Sequence record: DRR378314_814
Length of the DNA: 41,207 nucleotides
Strand: one strand, 5' to 3'
Made by a program: the position numbers and the translations under genes. Position 1 is the stretch's first letter, and every line of letters begins with the position of its first letter. Shown piece after piece: positions 1-9,741 of the stretch. The notes under the pieces are model-generated. The model did no database searches and was not told where the DNA came from. It worked only from the letters and a program-made list of their open reading frames with translations.

Positions 1-412
1 GCCATACCGCATGATTAAACTTAAGCTTTTGGGGGCTGGACATTTTAGAAATTTTTAGGTCAAAAAAATCATCTTCAGGCAGCAAGCTTTTTACAGAGGC
101 ATGTAGTTTAGTCTCATTTATATCATAGAGACGTGCTGAAAATCGAATAGCGTCATTACCCGTGATAAGCGGTGGAAAATTTGAAAGACTCCCTATTGGC
201 GGAGAAAAAAGACCATTTTTCCAAATATATCCACTATCCATGCGAATATTTCCGGCAATGGCTTTCGCCAACCCATCAATAATCGTATTTTCCTTCGCAA
301 GAATTGCAATTCGCTCTGCCGTATTTAACGTCAACGTCACATTGTCCAAAAACTTGTGAGGACTTTTAAAATTATGCACCTTCTTTTTTGAGACACTCAC
401 GAGACTCAACAT
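1..412 (-). CDS. KpsT/Wzt-like ABC transporter ATP-binding subunit with degenerate motifs (runs off the left edge)
   Basis: Not in the ORF track. Manual translation from the ATG at 412, which overlaps the TGA of the kpsM-like gene (TGATG): MLSLVSVSKKKVHNFKSPHKFLDNVTLTLNTAERIAILAKENTIIDGLAKAIAGNIRMDSGYIWKNGLFSPPIGSLSNFPPLITGNDAIRFSARLY..., open to position 1. It follows the KpsT layout (LDNVxL, IAG...DSGxI, ITGxxxIRFxARLY). Confidence 0.7.
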   Translation of the reverse strand, partial: MLSLVSVSKKKVHNFKSPHKFLDNVTLTLNTAERIAILAKENTIIDGLAKAIAGNIRMDSGYIWKNGLFSPPIGSLSNFPPLITGNDAIRFSARLYDINETKLHASVKSLLPEDDFFDLKISKMSSPQKLKFNHAVW

Positions 413-1277
413 CAAATCTCTCTCAAATCTCGAAACTTGACTTCCAAAAGCACTGAAAAGAAAAGCACACCTAGAATGCTTAAAAACGCGTATTCCAGTG
501 ACATTTCAGCAGCGGGATAGGTTGATGACAGAGAATATCTGATCCCTTCAATCACATGGGCAAGTGGAACATATTGAACAATTGCTTTAAGTTGCTCAGG
601 CAATTCGTCGATGGAATAGAAAACGCCAGAGAAAAAGAACAATCCTCTTTTGATCAACATTTGCGCTGTCAGAACAGCTTCAGCAATAAGAGATAGCACG
701 CCAATAATCACACCGACCGAATAACCAAACATTGCGGCTAAAAAAAGACTGAACGCTAGGATTAGAAAATTATTAATCGTGATATCAAAATGAAACAGAT
801 AAAGACCAGCCCCTAGAAAAATACCGAGCATGACGACGGGAAATACATCGAGTAATAAATTCGCAATCTTGATATCAAAGAAAGACACAACCTGATGAAT
901 ACTTAGTTTGTCACCCTTTCGTATGGACCGGATAGAAGCTGTCATCGAATTGAGAAACACAAGCCATCCCGTAATACCGGTTAGAATGAATAGTTCCAGC
1001 GACATGTTTCCGGGTTGCTTGTGCCGTATGAACGCAAAAAGTATGTAAATTAGGGCGAGCATAAAGATAGGGATAATCAACGATGCAGTATATCCCATAC
1101 TCCTTCGCCCATATGTTTGCTTCATGAATAGAAAAAAAGCGCGCCTACAGAAGCACATCTCTCCATGAAAATCGCAAATATCTTGTTGAGCGTAAACCGA
1201 GTAGTATCTAGCCGCCGCCCGCGCGGAGCTGGAAGCTGATTGATATTTTGGCCGTCTATGTCGTCAAAATCACTCAT
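412..1277 (-). CDS. KpsM/Wzm-like ABC-2 permease for capsular polysaccharide export; apparently frameshifted at 1132-1138 (track ORF 412..1158)
   Basis: Hydrophobic ABC-2 membrane protein with YGRxxMGY, FFFSGVFYSIDELP and PLAHVIEGIR motifs. An upstream frame from ATG 1277 joins it if the T7 run is read as T8. Confidence 0.75.
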
Positions 1278-1445
1278 AATAGCTTCTAGCCCAAGGACTT
1301 ATCGTAATTTCCATCCATCGGCAACCGCAGTCTACCAATACGCACCTCATCATAAATCTAAGCAGGGTTATACAGTTAGTGTCCAGAGTATTCCATGATT
1401 TTTTAGCCCTCTTATTTCCCCCATTCTCACCCCCCCACCAAACAC

Positions 1446-1474
1446 CTTGCTATCTGGCGCGTCATCGCTATACT
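1446..1474 (+). promoter_or_regulatory. sigma70-like promoter of typA
   Basis: CTTGCT-N17-TATACT, ending ~35 nt upstream of the ATG at 1510. Confidence 0.5.
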
Positions 1475-1509
1475 GCGCGCGCCTTTTAATTAGTTGATTG
1501 CGTACTATA

Positions 1510-3333
1510 ATGGAAATTCGGAACGTTGCGATTATCGCCCATGTTGATCATGGGAAAACCACCCTTGTGGATGGACTGCTGAAACAGAGTGGAACTTTCC
1601 GGGAAAACCAGAAAGTGGCCGAGCGGGCCATGGACTCCAATGACCTGGAGCGCGAACGCGGGATTACCATCCTCGCCAAATGTACCTCTGTTGAGTGGAG
1701 CGACTACCGCCTCAACATTGTTGACACCCCAGGCCATGCCGACTTTGGCGGCGAAGTGGAACGCATCCTCAGCATGGTGGACGGCGTTGTGGTGCTTGTC
1801 GATGCGGCCGAAGGGCCCATGCCACAGACTAAATTTGTCACCCAAAAAGCCCTTGGTCTTGGCCTTCGCCCGATCATCCTGATCAACAAGGCAGACCGCC
1901 CGGATGGGCGTCCTGAAGAAGTGCTCGACGAATGTTTTGATCTGCTGGTGGCTCTGGATGCCGATGAAGATCAGCTTGACTTCCCTGTGCTGTATGCCTC
2001 CGCCAAAGAAGGCTGGGCGGTTACAGATCTCAGCGAGCCAAAAGAGAATCTCAACCCGTTATTCGACCTGATCGTCAAACATGTCCCGGCGCCAACCGTC
2101 GATGAGGATGCCCCTTTTCGCATGCTGGTCACGACAATTGAAAGCAACCCCTATCTGGGCCGTCTGCTCACGGGCCGGGTTGAATCAGGTACCCTTAAAA
2201 CCAATGACCCGATCAAGGGCCTGTCGCGCGATGGCAAAAAGATCGAAGATGCCCGCGCCGCCAAAATCCTCGCCTTTCGCGGGTTGGAGCGGGAAACCGT
2301 TGATGAGGCCCGGGCTGGCGACATTGTCTCCGTTGCAGGACTTGTGAAAACCACTGTGGCAGATACGTTGATCACTCCGGATGGTACCGAGCCGCTGGAC
2401 GCCCAGCCGATTGATCCGCCAACCATCTCCATGACCTTTGCCATCAACTCCTCCCCCCTTGCGGGACGGGACGGAGACAAGGTGCAAAGCCGGGTAATCC
2501 GCGACCGTCTGATGAAAGAAATCGAAGGCAATGTCTCGATCCGTGTTGAAGACAGCGCCGAAGCAGACAGCTATGTGGTTTCTGGCCGCGGCGAGTTGCA
2601 ACTGGGCGTTCTGATTGAAACAATGCGCCGCGAAGGCTTTGAGCTGTCCATCAGTCGCCCCCGGGTTCTGTTTCGTGAAGAGGAAGCAACGGGTGACCGC
2701 CTGGAGCCGATCGAGGAAGTTGTCGTCGACGTGGATGAAGAATTTTCCGGTGTTGTGGTTGAGAAAATTGCCCTTCGCAAAGGCACCATGACGGACATGC
2801 GCCCCTCTGGTGGTGGCAAGACCCGCATTACATTCCATTGCCCGACCCGTGGCCTTATCGGGTATCACGGGGAATTCCTCACCGATACGCGCGGCACCGG
2901 TATCATGAACCGTCTGTTCCATTCCTATGCACCTTATAAAGGTGAAATTCCGGGTCGTCGGAACGGAGTTCTGATTGCCAATGCAACCGGTAAATCCGTA
3001 GCCTACGCCATCTGGAACCTGGAAGCGCGCGGGGCTTTCTTCATTAGCGGCGGCGTCGATGTTTACGAAGGCATGATCATGGGCGAGCATAACCGTCCAA
3101 ATGATCTGGAAGTCAATCCGCTGAAAGCCAAGCAGCTGACCAACATCCGGGCCGCCGGCTCTGATGAAGCGATCCGCTTGACACCACCGCGGAAAATGAG
3201 CCTGGAACAGGCTATCGCCTATATCGATGACGATGAACTGGTAGAGGTCACGCCAAACCACATTCGCCTTCGCAAACGCCATCTGGATCCGCATGAGCGG
3301 AAAAAAGCCTCTCGGGCTGGCGGCGGCGCGTAA
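1510..3333 (+). CDS. typA: Translational GTPase TypA/BipA
   Basis: [44 protein letters not shown] and NKAD G-motifs; BipA C-terminus (DDELVEVTP...IRLRK). Confidence 0.98.
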   Translation: MEIRNVAIIAHVDHGKTTLVDGLLKQSGTFRENQKVAERAMDSNDLERERGITILAKCTSVEWSDYRLNIVDTPGHADFGGEVERILSMVDGVVVLVDAAEGPMPQTKFVTQKALGLGLRPIILINKADRPDGRPEEVLDECFDLLVALDADEDQLDFPVLYASAKEGWAVTDLSEPKENLNPLFDLIVKHVPAPTVDEDAPFRMLVTTIESNPYLGRLLTGRVESGTLKTNDPIKGLSRDGKKIEDARAAKILAFRGLERETVDEARAGDIVSVAGLVKTTVADTLITPDGTEPLDAQPIDPPTISMTFAINSSPLAGRDGDKVQSRVIRDRLMKEIEGNVSIRVEDSAEADSYVVSGRGELQLGVLIETMRREGFELSISRPRVLFREEEATGDRLEPIEEVVVDVDEEFSGVVVEKIALRKGTMTDMRPSGGGKTRITFHCPTRGLIGYHGEFLTDTRGTGIMNRLFHSYAPYKGEIPGRRNGVLIANATGKSVAYAIWNLEARGAFFISGGVDVYEGMIMGEHNRPNDLEVNPLKAKQLTNIRAAGSDEAIRLTPPRKMSLEQAIAYIDDDELVEVTPNHIRLRKRHLDPHERKKASRAGGGA

Positions 3334-3433
3334 CAGCAAGAAGTCACCTCCCCTTCGGAAAGTGATTGGCATTGGGCGCAACTTGTGGAAACATAAGCCG
3401 TGCCCATAACAATCAAAAAAAGAGGGGGAGAGA

Positions 3434-3655
3434 ATGGCAATTGTTGAAGTCGAAAGTGAAATTGCAGGCAAAGTCTGGAAAATAGAAACCAGCGTTGGTC
3501 AATCACTTGCCGAAGATGATGCAATCCTGATCCTGGAAAGCATGAAAATGGAAATCCCGGTTGATGCGCCGGAGGACGGAAAGCTGGTGGAAATCCTCGT
3601 TGCTGAGGGGGACGCCGTCGAAGAAGGCCAGATCATCGCCAAACTGGAAGTCTAA
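3434..3655 (+). CDS. Standalone biotin/lipoyl-attachment (biotin carboxyl carrier-like) protein
   Basis: 73 aa with the ESMKME biotinylation motif; strong GGGGGAG RBS. Confidence 0.88.
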   Translation: MAIVEVESEIAGKVWKIETSVGQSLAEDDAILILESMKMEIPVDAPEDGKLVEILVAEGDAVEEGQIIAKLEV

Positions 3656-3657
3656 AG

Positions 3658-3683
3658 AAAAACCCGCCAAATGGCGGGTTTTT
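3658..3683. terminator. Bidirectional intrinsic terminator
   Basis: AAAAA-CCCGCC-AAAT-GGCGGG-TTTTT between convergent genes. Confidence 0.85.
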
Positions 3684-3688
3684 ACGTT

Positions 3689-4060
3689 TTACCACATCCA
3701 GGTTTTCGGATCCGGGACCGGGGTTTTCTGGTCCAGGTATTTAAGCCCCTTCACACATCGCAGGATGTACCAGACCAGCAACGCCAGCAGCACCAGAAAA
3801 CCAATGGCGACAGCCGTCAGGGCAGCGCCAATGAACCCGGCGATCAGCGAGATCCAGAAGGTGCGGATCTGAAATTCGTAATGGCTTTGCAGCCAACCGG
3901 TAGCATCACCTTTATTGACATAAGCCATGATCACACCGACCACACTGGCAAAGGGCACCACTATAGCGGCCAGATAGAGAAAATAAACGATCTGGGACAT
4001 CTTGGCCGTGCCTTGGTTTGTCACCTCTGGCGCAATATCTTTTGACGGCTCGTCGGTCAT
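3689..4060 (-). CDS. Small membrane protein (DUF4870-like)
   Basis: Three hydrophobic segments; GVIMAYVNK...WLQSHYEFQIRTFW...RCVKGL motif; GAGGGG RBS. Confidence 0.8.
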   Translation of the reverse strand: MTDEPSKDIAPEVTNQGTAKMSQIVYFLYLAAIVVPFASVVGVIMAYVNKGDATGWLQSHYEFQIRTFWISLIAGFIGAALTAVAIGFLVLLALLVWYILRCVKGLKYLDQKTPVPDPKTWMW

Positions 4061-4140
4061 TCTAAACCCCTCTAATCTTTATCAAAAATCTAATCTGAAC
4101 GGTAGCCATTCGGCGCCTGCCCGTCCAACGAAAAAAATGG

Positions 4141-7100
4141 TCACTCATCACCCAGCGCGTCATTCAGCATGAAATAGACCTTGCCGATATCGGAACTGGA
4201 ATAGGTTTCGAACAGCATCTTGGCATGCTCTGACTGTTCGGTTTCTTCCAGTAATTGCCGGAAGGATCGGCGATATTGATCCACATACCGACGAAAATCA
4301 CCGCTTTCCTTATACAGGGTCTTGATCTTGTCCTGATCCCGGGTTCTCAGCAGTTTCTTGGTGAAAATGCTTTTCTCCCCCTTGCGGTAGCGGTTCCACA
4401 ATTCATCAGGCAAGGTGTTATCCAAGGATCGCGCCAGATCGATGGAAATGGAATGGATGCTGTCGATGATCAGCGCGGACGCCTTTCGAAACGCCTCTCC
4501 CCCGCTGGATTTCTGGCGGGCGGAAATCTCCTCACTCTGCTGCTGAACCCGGGCGGATGCCTCTTTTAGTCGCTCTGCCTGTTTCTGGAATTTCAAACTG
4601 GAAATCAACGCTTCTTCCGAGGCGCTTGTTGAAACGTCCTTCAGGTTTCGGCTCTCCTCCTGCAACAGGCTGGAGGTTTGCTTGAGAGAATTTTCCACCT
4701 GATGGGCGGTGACTTCCAGACGCTTTTTCTGCTGCTCAAACTGCTCCAGCAACCGGCTTGACCCGGCCTGCACATTGCCCACATAAGCAGCCAGCTGCTC
4801 GGCCCGGCTCTTGAAGGTTTTTGCTGTATGATCAGAAAGATGATCAGCCCGCTCACCGGCTTCATTCATCTGGCTGGTCAGACTGTCCAGATCCACCTGG
4901 AAACGGGCGCGGGTATTTTCAATTTGCCTGCGGTGGCGGTTCAGCGCTTCATCGGCAGTTTGCAGGCCACTCAGCATCAACTCGCTGGCTTTGGCAAGTT
5001 CCAGCGTTTTACGCCGATAGGCATCCCCCGCCACATTGGAAAGGCCGCGCGTTTTCTCCAGCAACCGGGTCCGCTCGCTCAGGGATTTCTCAATATATTC
5101 AGATTTTTCGGCCAGATCTCGGGCCACTTCCGTCATGGCCGATGTTTCCTCACGCAGCACTTTTTCCATGCTTTGTGCATTGTTGCGGGCATTTTCCGAC
5201 AGCGCCGTCAAATCCTCAAACTGCTCCTTGGCGGACTTGCTGGCATCCTCGATCCGCGTCACATTGGCATGGGTTTCATCGGACAGACTTGCGCCTTCCG
5301 CCCGGGCACGGCTTGCCGCTTCTTCCAGACCTTCCACATATTGCTGCGCCTGATCCCCAAGGGCCCGCAGCTCGGCGGAGGCTTTCTCGGCTATTCGGGC
5401 CAGCTCAGCGCTTTGGGACTGGGCATTTTCCCCAGACTGGCGGGCCTGCAAAGTTGCCCGCTCTGCGCTGGCCATCAAATCCTGATGATGGCGGACCGCT
5501 TCTTCAATGGCCATGGACAGTTTGGAGCTGGACAGATCCGCACTGGTTGCCAGATCCTTCTGTTTCTGTTCCAGCTCAGACACCGCATCGCGCAGGCTGC
5601 GGGATGTGCGGGTGCCTGACTGTTCGATGTCGTGGGTTTCCCGTTTCAGGCCTTCGCCCGCTTCTTTCAACTCTTCGCGCATGCGGCTTGCCGCCATGTT
5701 CAACGCTTCCGCCTGTCGCTGGAAACCACTACCCAGTTGGGTGATCTGATTGTTCGCCTCCAGGCTTGCCCTGGACAGATTGTCCACATTGCCATCTAGG
5801 CGCGCTGACATATCCTGACTTAACTCGTCAATTTGGGCGGAGGCATCCTGCAACGCCAGGATCTGTTTCTTGAACTGATCCTGAATTTCAGTGGTCCGGG
5901 TAGCCGCCCGGCTGGTATTTCCATCCAGCTCCGCCGCGTAATCCCTCAGTCGCGCCTTTAAATCATCGGCATTGGCAAGGGATCGGGCGCCCGCCTCCTG
6001 CAGAAGCGCCTCCCCTTTTTGCAAGATCGCCTCGACATCCCCCAAATTGCTCTGGGTGGATTTGAACATCTCCTGCATCTGCTGCATCTCTGCCTGCAAC
6101 CCTTCCATGGCGCCGCGCACTTCATCGCCCAGCTCCGTCGACATGCTGGCCATTTTCCGCGCCTCATCGGACATCATGCCGCTGTTATGGCCCAGATCCC
6201 TGGCAACGCCGTCAGCTTCGCTTCGAAACTCGGCCTGACGGGCCTGCAGGGTTTCGATGGCCGCTTCGACCTGAGTGACACCGGCAATCATCTGATCTCT
6301 CAAATCCAGAAGCTTCTGGCTTCCGACCTGACTGCTTTGGCCAAGATCAGATGTTCTCTCGCGCAGCTCATCAGATGCATTTTCCAGCTCTGACCGGCTT
6401 CGGCGGCTCAAATCCTCAAGTTCCTCAATCCGCTGCTTGAACTGATCGCTCCCGCGATCGATTTTCTCCCGGGCCATATCTGATGTATTGTCAATGCTGC
6501 GGATCTGACTGCCCAGCTCACCGGTCACGCTGGTGGCTTTCTCCAGCATCCGTGCCGCCGCCGCCTCAAGCCCCTGACTGGTTTCTGATAACAGATCTGT
6601 CATACTTTGGGCCTTGGCTTCAGATTGTGCCACCGCGGCTTCCAGCGCTTCGATCTGTCGGCCAAGGGACGCTTCGATGGACGCCGTCCGGTCATCTGCA
6701 AGGGCATAGGCTTCTTTTAATTTGCCATCCTGCTCCAGCGCAATTTCATCCAGCAGCCCGGTTTGCTCCGCCGATTTTTCCAACAGCTCGTTAATCACTG
6801 CGATGCGCGCATCCAGTTCGCCCTGCAACTGATCTGAATCGCCCAGCAGTTTTTCGGTCACCTGTCGCGCCGCACTTTGCTGATCGGTTAATTGCTGGTT
6901 TACGTCGCGAAGACGGGTGGCGGCATTTTCTGTCTCCGCCTGGATTTCCCGGGCATGACGCCGAAGGGTCATGGTCAGACTGGCAACCCGGGCTTCGGCT
7001 TCTGGGCTGGGATAGGACAGCTCTCTCAACAGTGCATCCAGACTTGCGCCTTGCAGACGGTTATCAACACCACGCCGGGCATAGGCGCCCAACAGCCACA

Positions 7101-7359
7101 AAAACGCAAGCGGGGCAAAGGCTCCCGCAGAGAAAGCACCGATTTCATGGGGCAACATCTGCAATACATTTGCCCAGCCGATATTGCGATCCGCATAGAC
7201 AACGACCGCCGCCAGCCACAAAATAGAGACCAAAAACAGCATCAGGAAAAACAGCCGCGATGCCAGGGTGGAGCGGCGGGTTGCAACTTCCTGTTCGTGG
7301 CTCCCCAAAACGAGCGGAGCCTCATCCCCGTCATCAGCGTTTGGATGTTTCAGCAGCAT
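4141..7359 (-). CDS. Large membrane-anchored coiled-coil protein, TipN/GPR-like polar landmark
   Basis: Two N-terminal TM helices, ~850 aa of heptad-rich helical sequence, and a C-terminus (LWNRYRKGEKSIFT...FRRYVDQY...SDIGKVYFML) resembling that of Caulobacter TipN and rhizobial GPR/RgsE. Confidence 0.75.
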   Translation of the reverse strand: MLLKHPNADDGDEAPLVLGSHEQEVATRRSTLASRLFFLMLFLVSILWLAAVVVYADRNIGWANVLQMLPHEIGAFSAGAFAPLAFLWLLGAYARRGVDNRLQGASLDALLRELSYPSPEAEARVASLTMTLRRHAREIQAETENAATRLRDVNQQLTDQQSAARQVTEKLLGDSDQLQGELDARIAVINELLEKSAEQTGLLDEIALEQDGKLKEAYALADDRTASIEASLGRQIEALEAAVAQSEAKAQSMTDLLSETSQGLEAAAARMLEKATSVTGELGSQIRSIDNTSDMAREKIDRGSDQFKQRIEELEDLSRRSRSELENASDELRERTSDLGQSSQVGSQKLLDLRDQMIAGVTQVEAAIETLQARQAEFRSEADGVARDLGHNSGMMSDEARKMASMSTELGDEVRGAMEGLQAEMQQMQEMFKSTQSNLGDVEAILQKGEALLQEAGARSLANADDLKARLRDYAAELDGNTSRAATRTTEIQDQFKKQILALQDASAQIDELSQDMSARLDGNVDNLSRASLEANNQITQLGSGFQRQAEALNMAASRMREELKEAGEGLKRETHDIEQSGTRTSRSLRDAVSELEQKQKDLATSADLSSSKLSMAIEEAVRHHQDLMASAERATLQARQSGENAQSQSAELARIAEKASAELRALGDQAQQYVEGLEEAASRARAEGASLSDETHANVTRIEDASKSAKEQFEDLTALSENARNNAQSMEKVLREETSAMTEVARDLAEKSEYIEKSLSERTRLLEKTRGLSNVAGDAYRRKTLELAKASELMLSGLQTADEALNRHRRQIENTRARFQVDLDSLTSQMNEAGERADHLSDHTAKTFKSRAEQLAAYVGNVQAGSSRLLEQFEQQKKRLEVTAHQVENSLKQTSSLLQEESRNLKDVSTSASEEALISSLKFQKQAERLKEASARVQQQSEEISARQKSSGGEAFRKASALIIDSIHSISIDLARSLDNTLPDELWNRYRKGEKSIFTKKLLRTRDQDKIKTLYKESGDFRRYVDQYRRSFRQLLEETEQSEHAKMLFETYSSSDIGKVYFMLNDALGDE

Positions 7360-7442
7360 GGTCTTTCCCTTTTAAAACCGATCCTTAAGGTTCCTTTATA
7401 TGGGAGAAAAGGTCAAGAGTGTGACCATCTTAACGGGAAATG

Positions 7443-7468
7443 AAAAAGGCCGGAAAAAATTCCGGCCT
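7443..7468 (-). terminator. Intrinsic terminator of the CoA-transferase gene
   Basis: AGGCCGGAA/TTCCGGCCT stem followed by a T-run on the minus strand. Confidence 0.75.
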
Positions 7469-7494
7469 CTCTCAAGTGATCAGATCCTTAGATT

Positions 7495-8637
7495 TTAGCG
7501 GATGGCATTTTTGGATTTCAGATCCGCAATCGCATCGCCGTCAAATCCCCAATCCTGCAAAGTCTCATCCGTGTGCTGGCCGGGGGAGCAGGGTGGATAC
7601 TGGATCTCGCTCTTCGTGCGAGAGAATTTTGGCGCTGGTGCTGGCTGCACCACACCGTCCACCTCAACAAAGGTCCCGCGGGCCTTGTTATGCGGATGGT
7701 CGGCAACTTCGGACAGGCTCAAAACCGGAGAGAAACACACATCCGTGCCCTCCATAATCTCGCACCATTCATCGCGGGTTTTGGTCTTGAACACAGCGTC
7801 CAGCTTTTCTTTCAGCATTGGCCACTGGCTCTCGTCCATCTGATGGGGGAGTTCTTCCTGATCAAGTCCCGTCAGTTCCAGCAATAGCTTATAGAATTTT
7901 GTCTCGATCGAGCCGATGGATACATATTTGCCATCTGACGTCTCATAGACATCATAGAAATGGGCGCCGCCATCCAGAATGTTGCTGCCGCGCTCATCCG
8001 TCCAGCGACCGGCTGCTTTCAGGCCAAAGAAAGTAGTCATCAGGCTGGCCGCACCATCCACCATGGAAGTATCAACAACCTGCCCCTTGCCAGAGGTTCT
8101 GGCTTCAATGATCGCCGCCAGCAATCCCATGGCCAGATACAGCGCGCCACCGCCAAAATCCCCAACCAAATTCAGCGGTGGTGTGGGAGGGCCGTCTTTG
8201 CGGCCAATGGCATGCAAGGCACCCGACAAGGCAATATAGTTCAAATCATGGCCCGCGGCCTTGGCCATCGGTCCGTCCTGACCCCAACCGGTCATCCGGC
8301 CATAGACAATTTTCGGATTGCGGGCGAACACCACATCCGGGCCCAGGCCCAGCCGTTCCATCACCCCTGGACGAAACCCTTCGATCAGGCCGTCAGCCTG
8401 TTCGATCAGTTTGAGAATCGTCTCCTGTCCTTCTGGCGATTTGCTATCGACGGCAACAGACCGTCGGCCCCGCATCAGCAAATTATATTTGGGATCCGTA
8501 TGAACACCTAGGCCGGTTTCTTCCATTCGGTCGATGCGGACAATATCTGCCCCCATATCCGCGAGCAGCAGTGCACACATTGGCCCCGGTCCAATTCCGC
8601 CCATCTCCACGATCTTCACACCAGCTAAAGGTCCCAT
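7495..8637 (-). CDS. CaiB/BaiF family III CoA transferase (alpha-methylacyl-CoA racemase-like)
   Basis: GIGPGP...[27 protein letters not shown] and NLVGDFGGG motifs. Confidence 0.92.
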   Translation of the reverse strand: MGPLAGVKIVEMGGIGPGPMCALLLADMGADIVRIDRMEETGLGVHTDPKYNLLMRGRRSVAVDSKSPEGQETILKLIEQADGLIEGFRPGVMERLGLGPDVVFARNPKIVYGRMTGWGQDGPMAKAAGHDLNYIALSGALHAIGRKDGPPTPPLNLVGDFGGGALYLAMGLLAAIIEARTSGKGQVVDTSMVDGAASLMTTFFGLKAAGRWTDERGSNILDGGAHFYDVYETSDGKYVSIGSIETKFYKLLLELTGLDQEELPHQMDESQWPMLKEKLDAVFKTKTRDEWCEIMEGTDVCFSPVLSLSEVADHPHNKARGTFVEVDGVVQPAPAPKFSRTKSEIQYPPCSPGQHTDETLQDWGFDGDAIADLKSKNAIR

Positions 8638-8889
8638 TGTTTTTCCTTTCTTATTTCAGCCCTGGGGCAAGCCCCATCTGGTTGTCTTTTATAAATTAAT
8701 TAGTCAGCTTATTATGTCCGGCATCATAGGCCAAGATCACGGCTCCTGTCACCCACTGTTAAACACTTTCATCGGTTTTTCGCACATCCATCCCCCGCAT
8801 TCCGATATTCGGCTGCACTAAAGAATTGCAACTCAGTTTCAAACGGCGCTATACCAAATAAAGGCATTTTTAATTCGAGGGGTTTTCCA

Positions 8890-9705
8890 ATGGGTAAAAT
8901 AATTGGTGGTGCGATCGCGGCAATTGTCGTCATCATCGCAATTGTTGCAGGCGTTCTATATTTCAATCTGGATAAAATCATCATCGCAGCCGTGGAAGAC
9001 TATGGCTCGGACGTGACCCGTTCAGAAGTCACGCTGAACGAGGTGGATATAGACATGACCTCCGGAAAGGGGGGGCTTCGCGGCCTCAGCGTTGGCAATC
9101 CGTCTGGTTTTGAAGAGCCGAATGCTTTTGAGCTGGGCGAAATTGCTGTCGAGGTCAATATTGCGGACACAAATGGGGATCTGGTGCATATCACCTCCAT
9201 CAAGGTGGATCAGCCAAAAGTTGTCTATGAGCTGAAAGAAGGCGGTAACAATCTGGATGCGCTCAAGAAAAACGTTGATGACTATATCAAAACCCTTGGC
9301 GGTAACAACGACAGCGCCAGCAGTGAAGAAGGGGATGGGCCGAAAATCATCATTGACAGCCTAGTCATTCAAGGCGGCCGCGTGGTTGTCAAATCACCGT
9401 TAACCCTCAATAAAAGCATCGAAGGCAATCTTCCAACCATTACCCTGACCAATATCGGCAAGGAAGAGGGCGGCGCCAATCCCGGTGAAGTAGCTGCTAA
9501 AATCATTCAGGCAATTACCAAAGGCACCATGTCTGTTGTCACTGATCTGGGCGTCGGTAAAACCCTGAAATCCTTGCAGGACGGTTTGGGTTCCGTCACC
9601 AAAGGCATTTCAGAGGGGGCATCTGGCGTCACCGGCGGTGCGGCTAAATCTGTCGAAGGTGTTGGCGGTGCGGTTAAGGGTCTGCTCGGCGGATCGGACG
9701 ACTAA
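8890..9705 (+). CDS. Membrane-anchored AsmA/DUF748-like protein
   Basis: N-terminal TM helix, beta-rich body (LSVGNPSGF motif), Gly-rich amphipathic C-tail. Confidence 0.65.
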   Translation: MGKIIGGAIAAIVVIIAIVAGVLYFNLDKIIIAAVEDYGSDVTRSEVTLNEVDIDMTSGKGGLRGLSVGNPSGFEEPNAFELGEIAVEVNIADTNGDLVHITSIKVDQPKVVYELKEGGNNLDALKKNVDDYIKTLGGNNDSASSEEGDGPKIIIDSLVIQGGRVVVKSPLTLNKSIEGNLPTITLTNIGKEEGGANPGEVAAKIIQAITKGTMSVVTDLGVGKTLKSLQDGLGSVTKGISEGASGVTGGAAKSVEGVGGAVKGLLGGSDD

Positions 9706-9741
9706 TAACAGCGAACGTGGCTATCAACGGGGTTAAAGAGT

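Noticed and set aside
162-359. 65-aa plus-strand ORF
   Set aside because: It is antisense to the KpsT-like frame, which is coupled to the permease gene and better supported.
3361-3390. sigma54 promoter before the biotin-carrier gene (TGGCAT...GCAA)
   Set aside because: GG-to-GC spacing is not the required 10 bp.
2185-3471. 428-aa minus-strand ORF and similar long antisense ORFs (19175..20227, 12761..13639, 16660..17523, 23746..24564, 4821..5744)
   Set aside because: They are shadows of well-supported genes on the opposite strand in GC-rich coding DNA and have no recognisable motifs.
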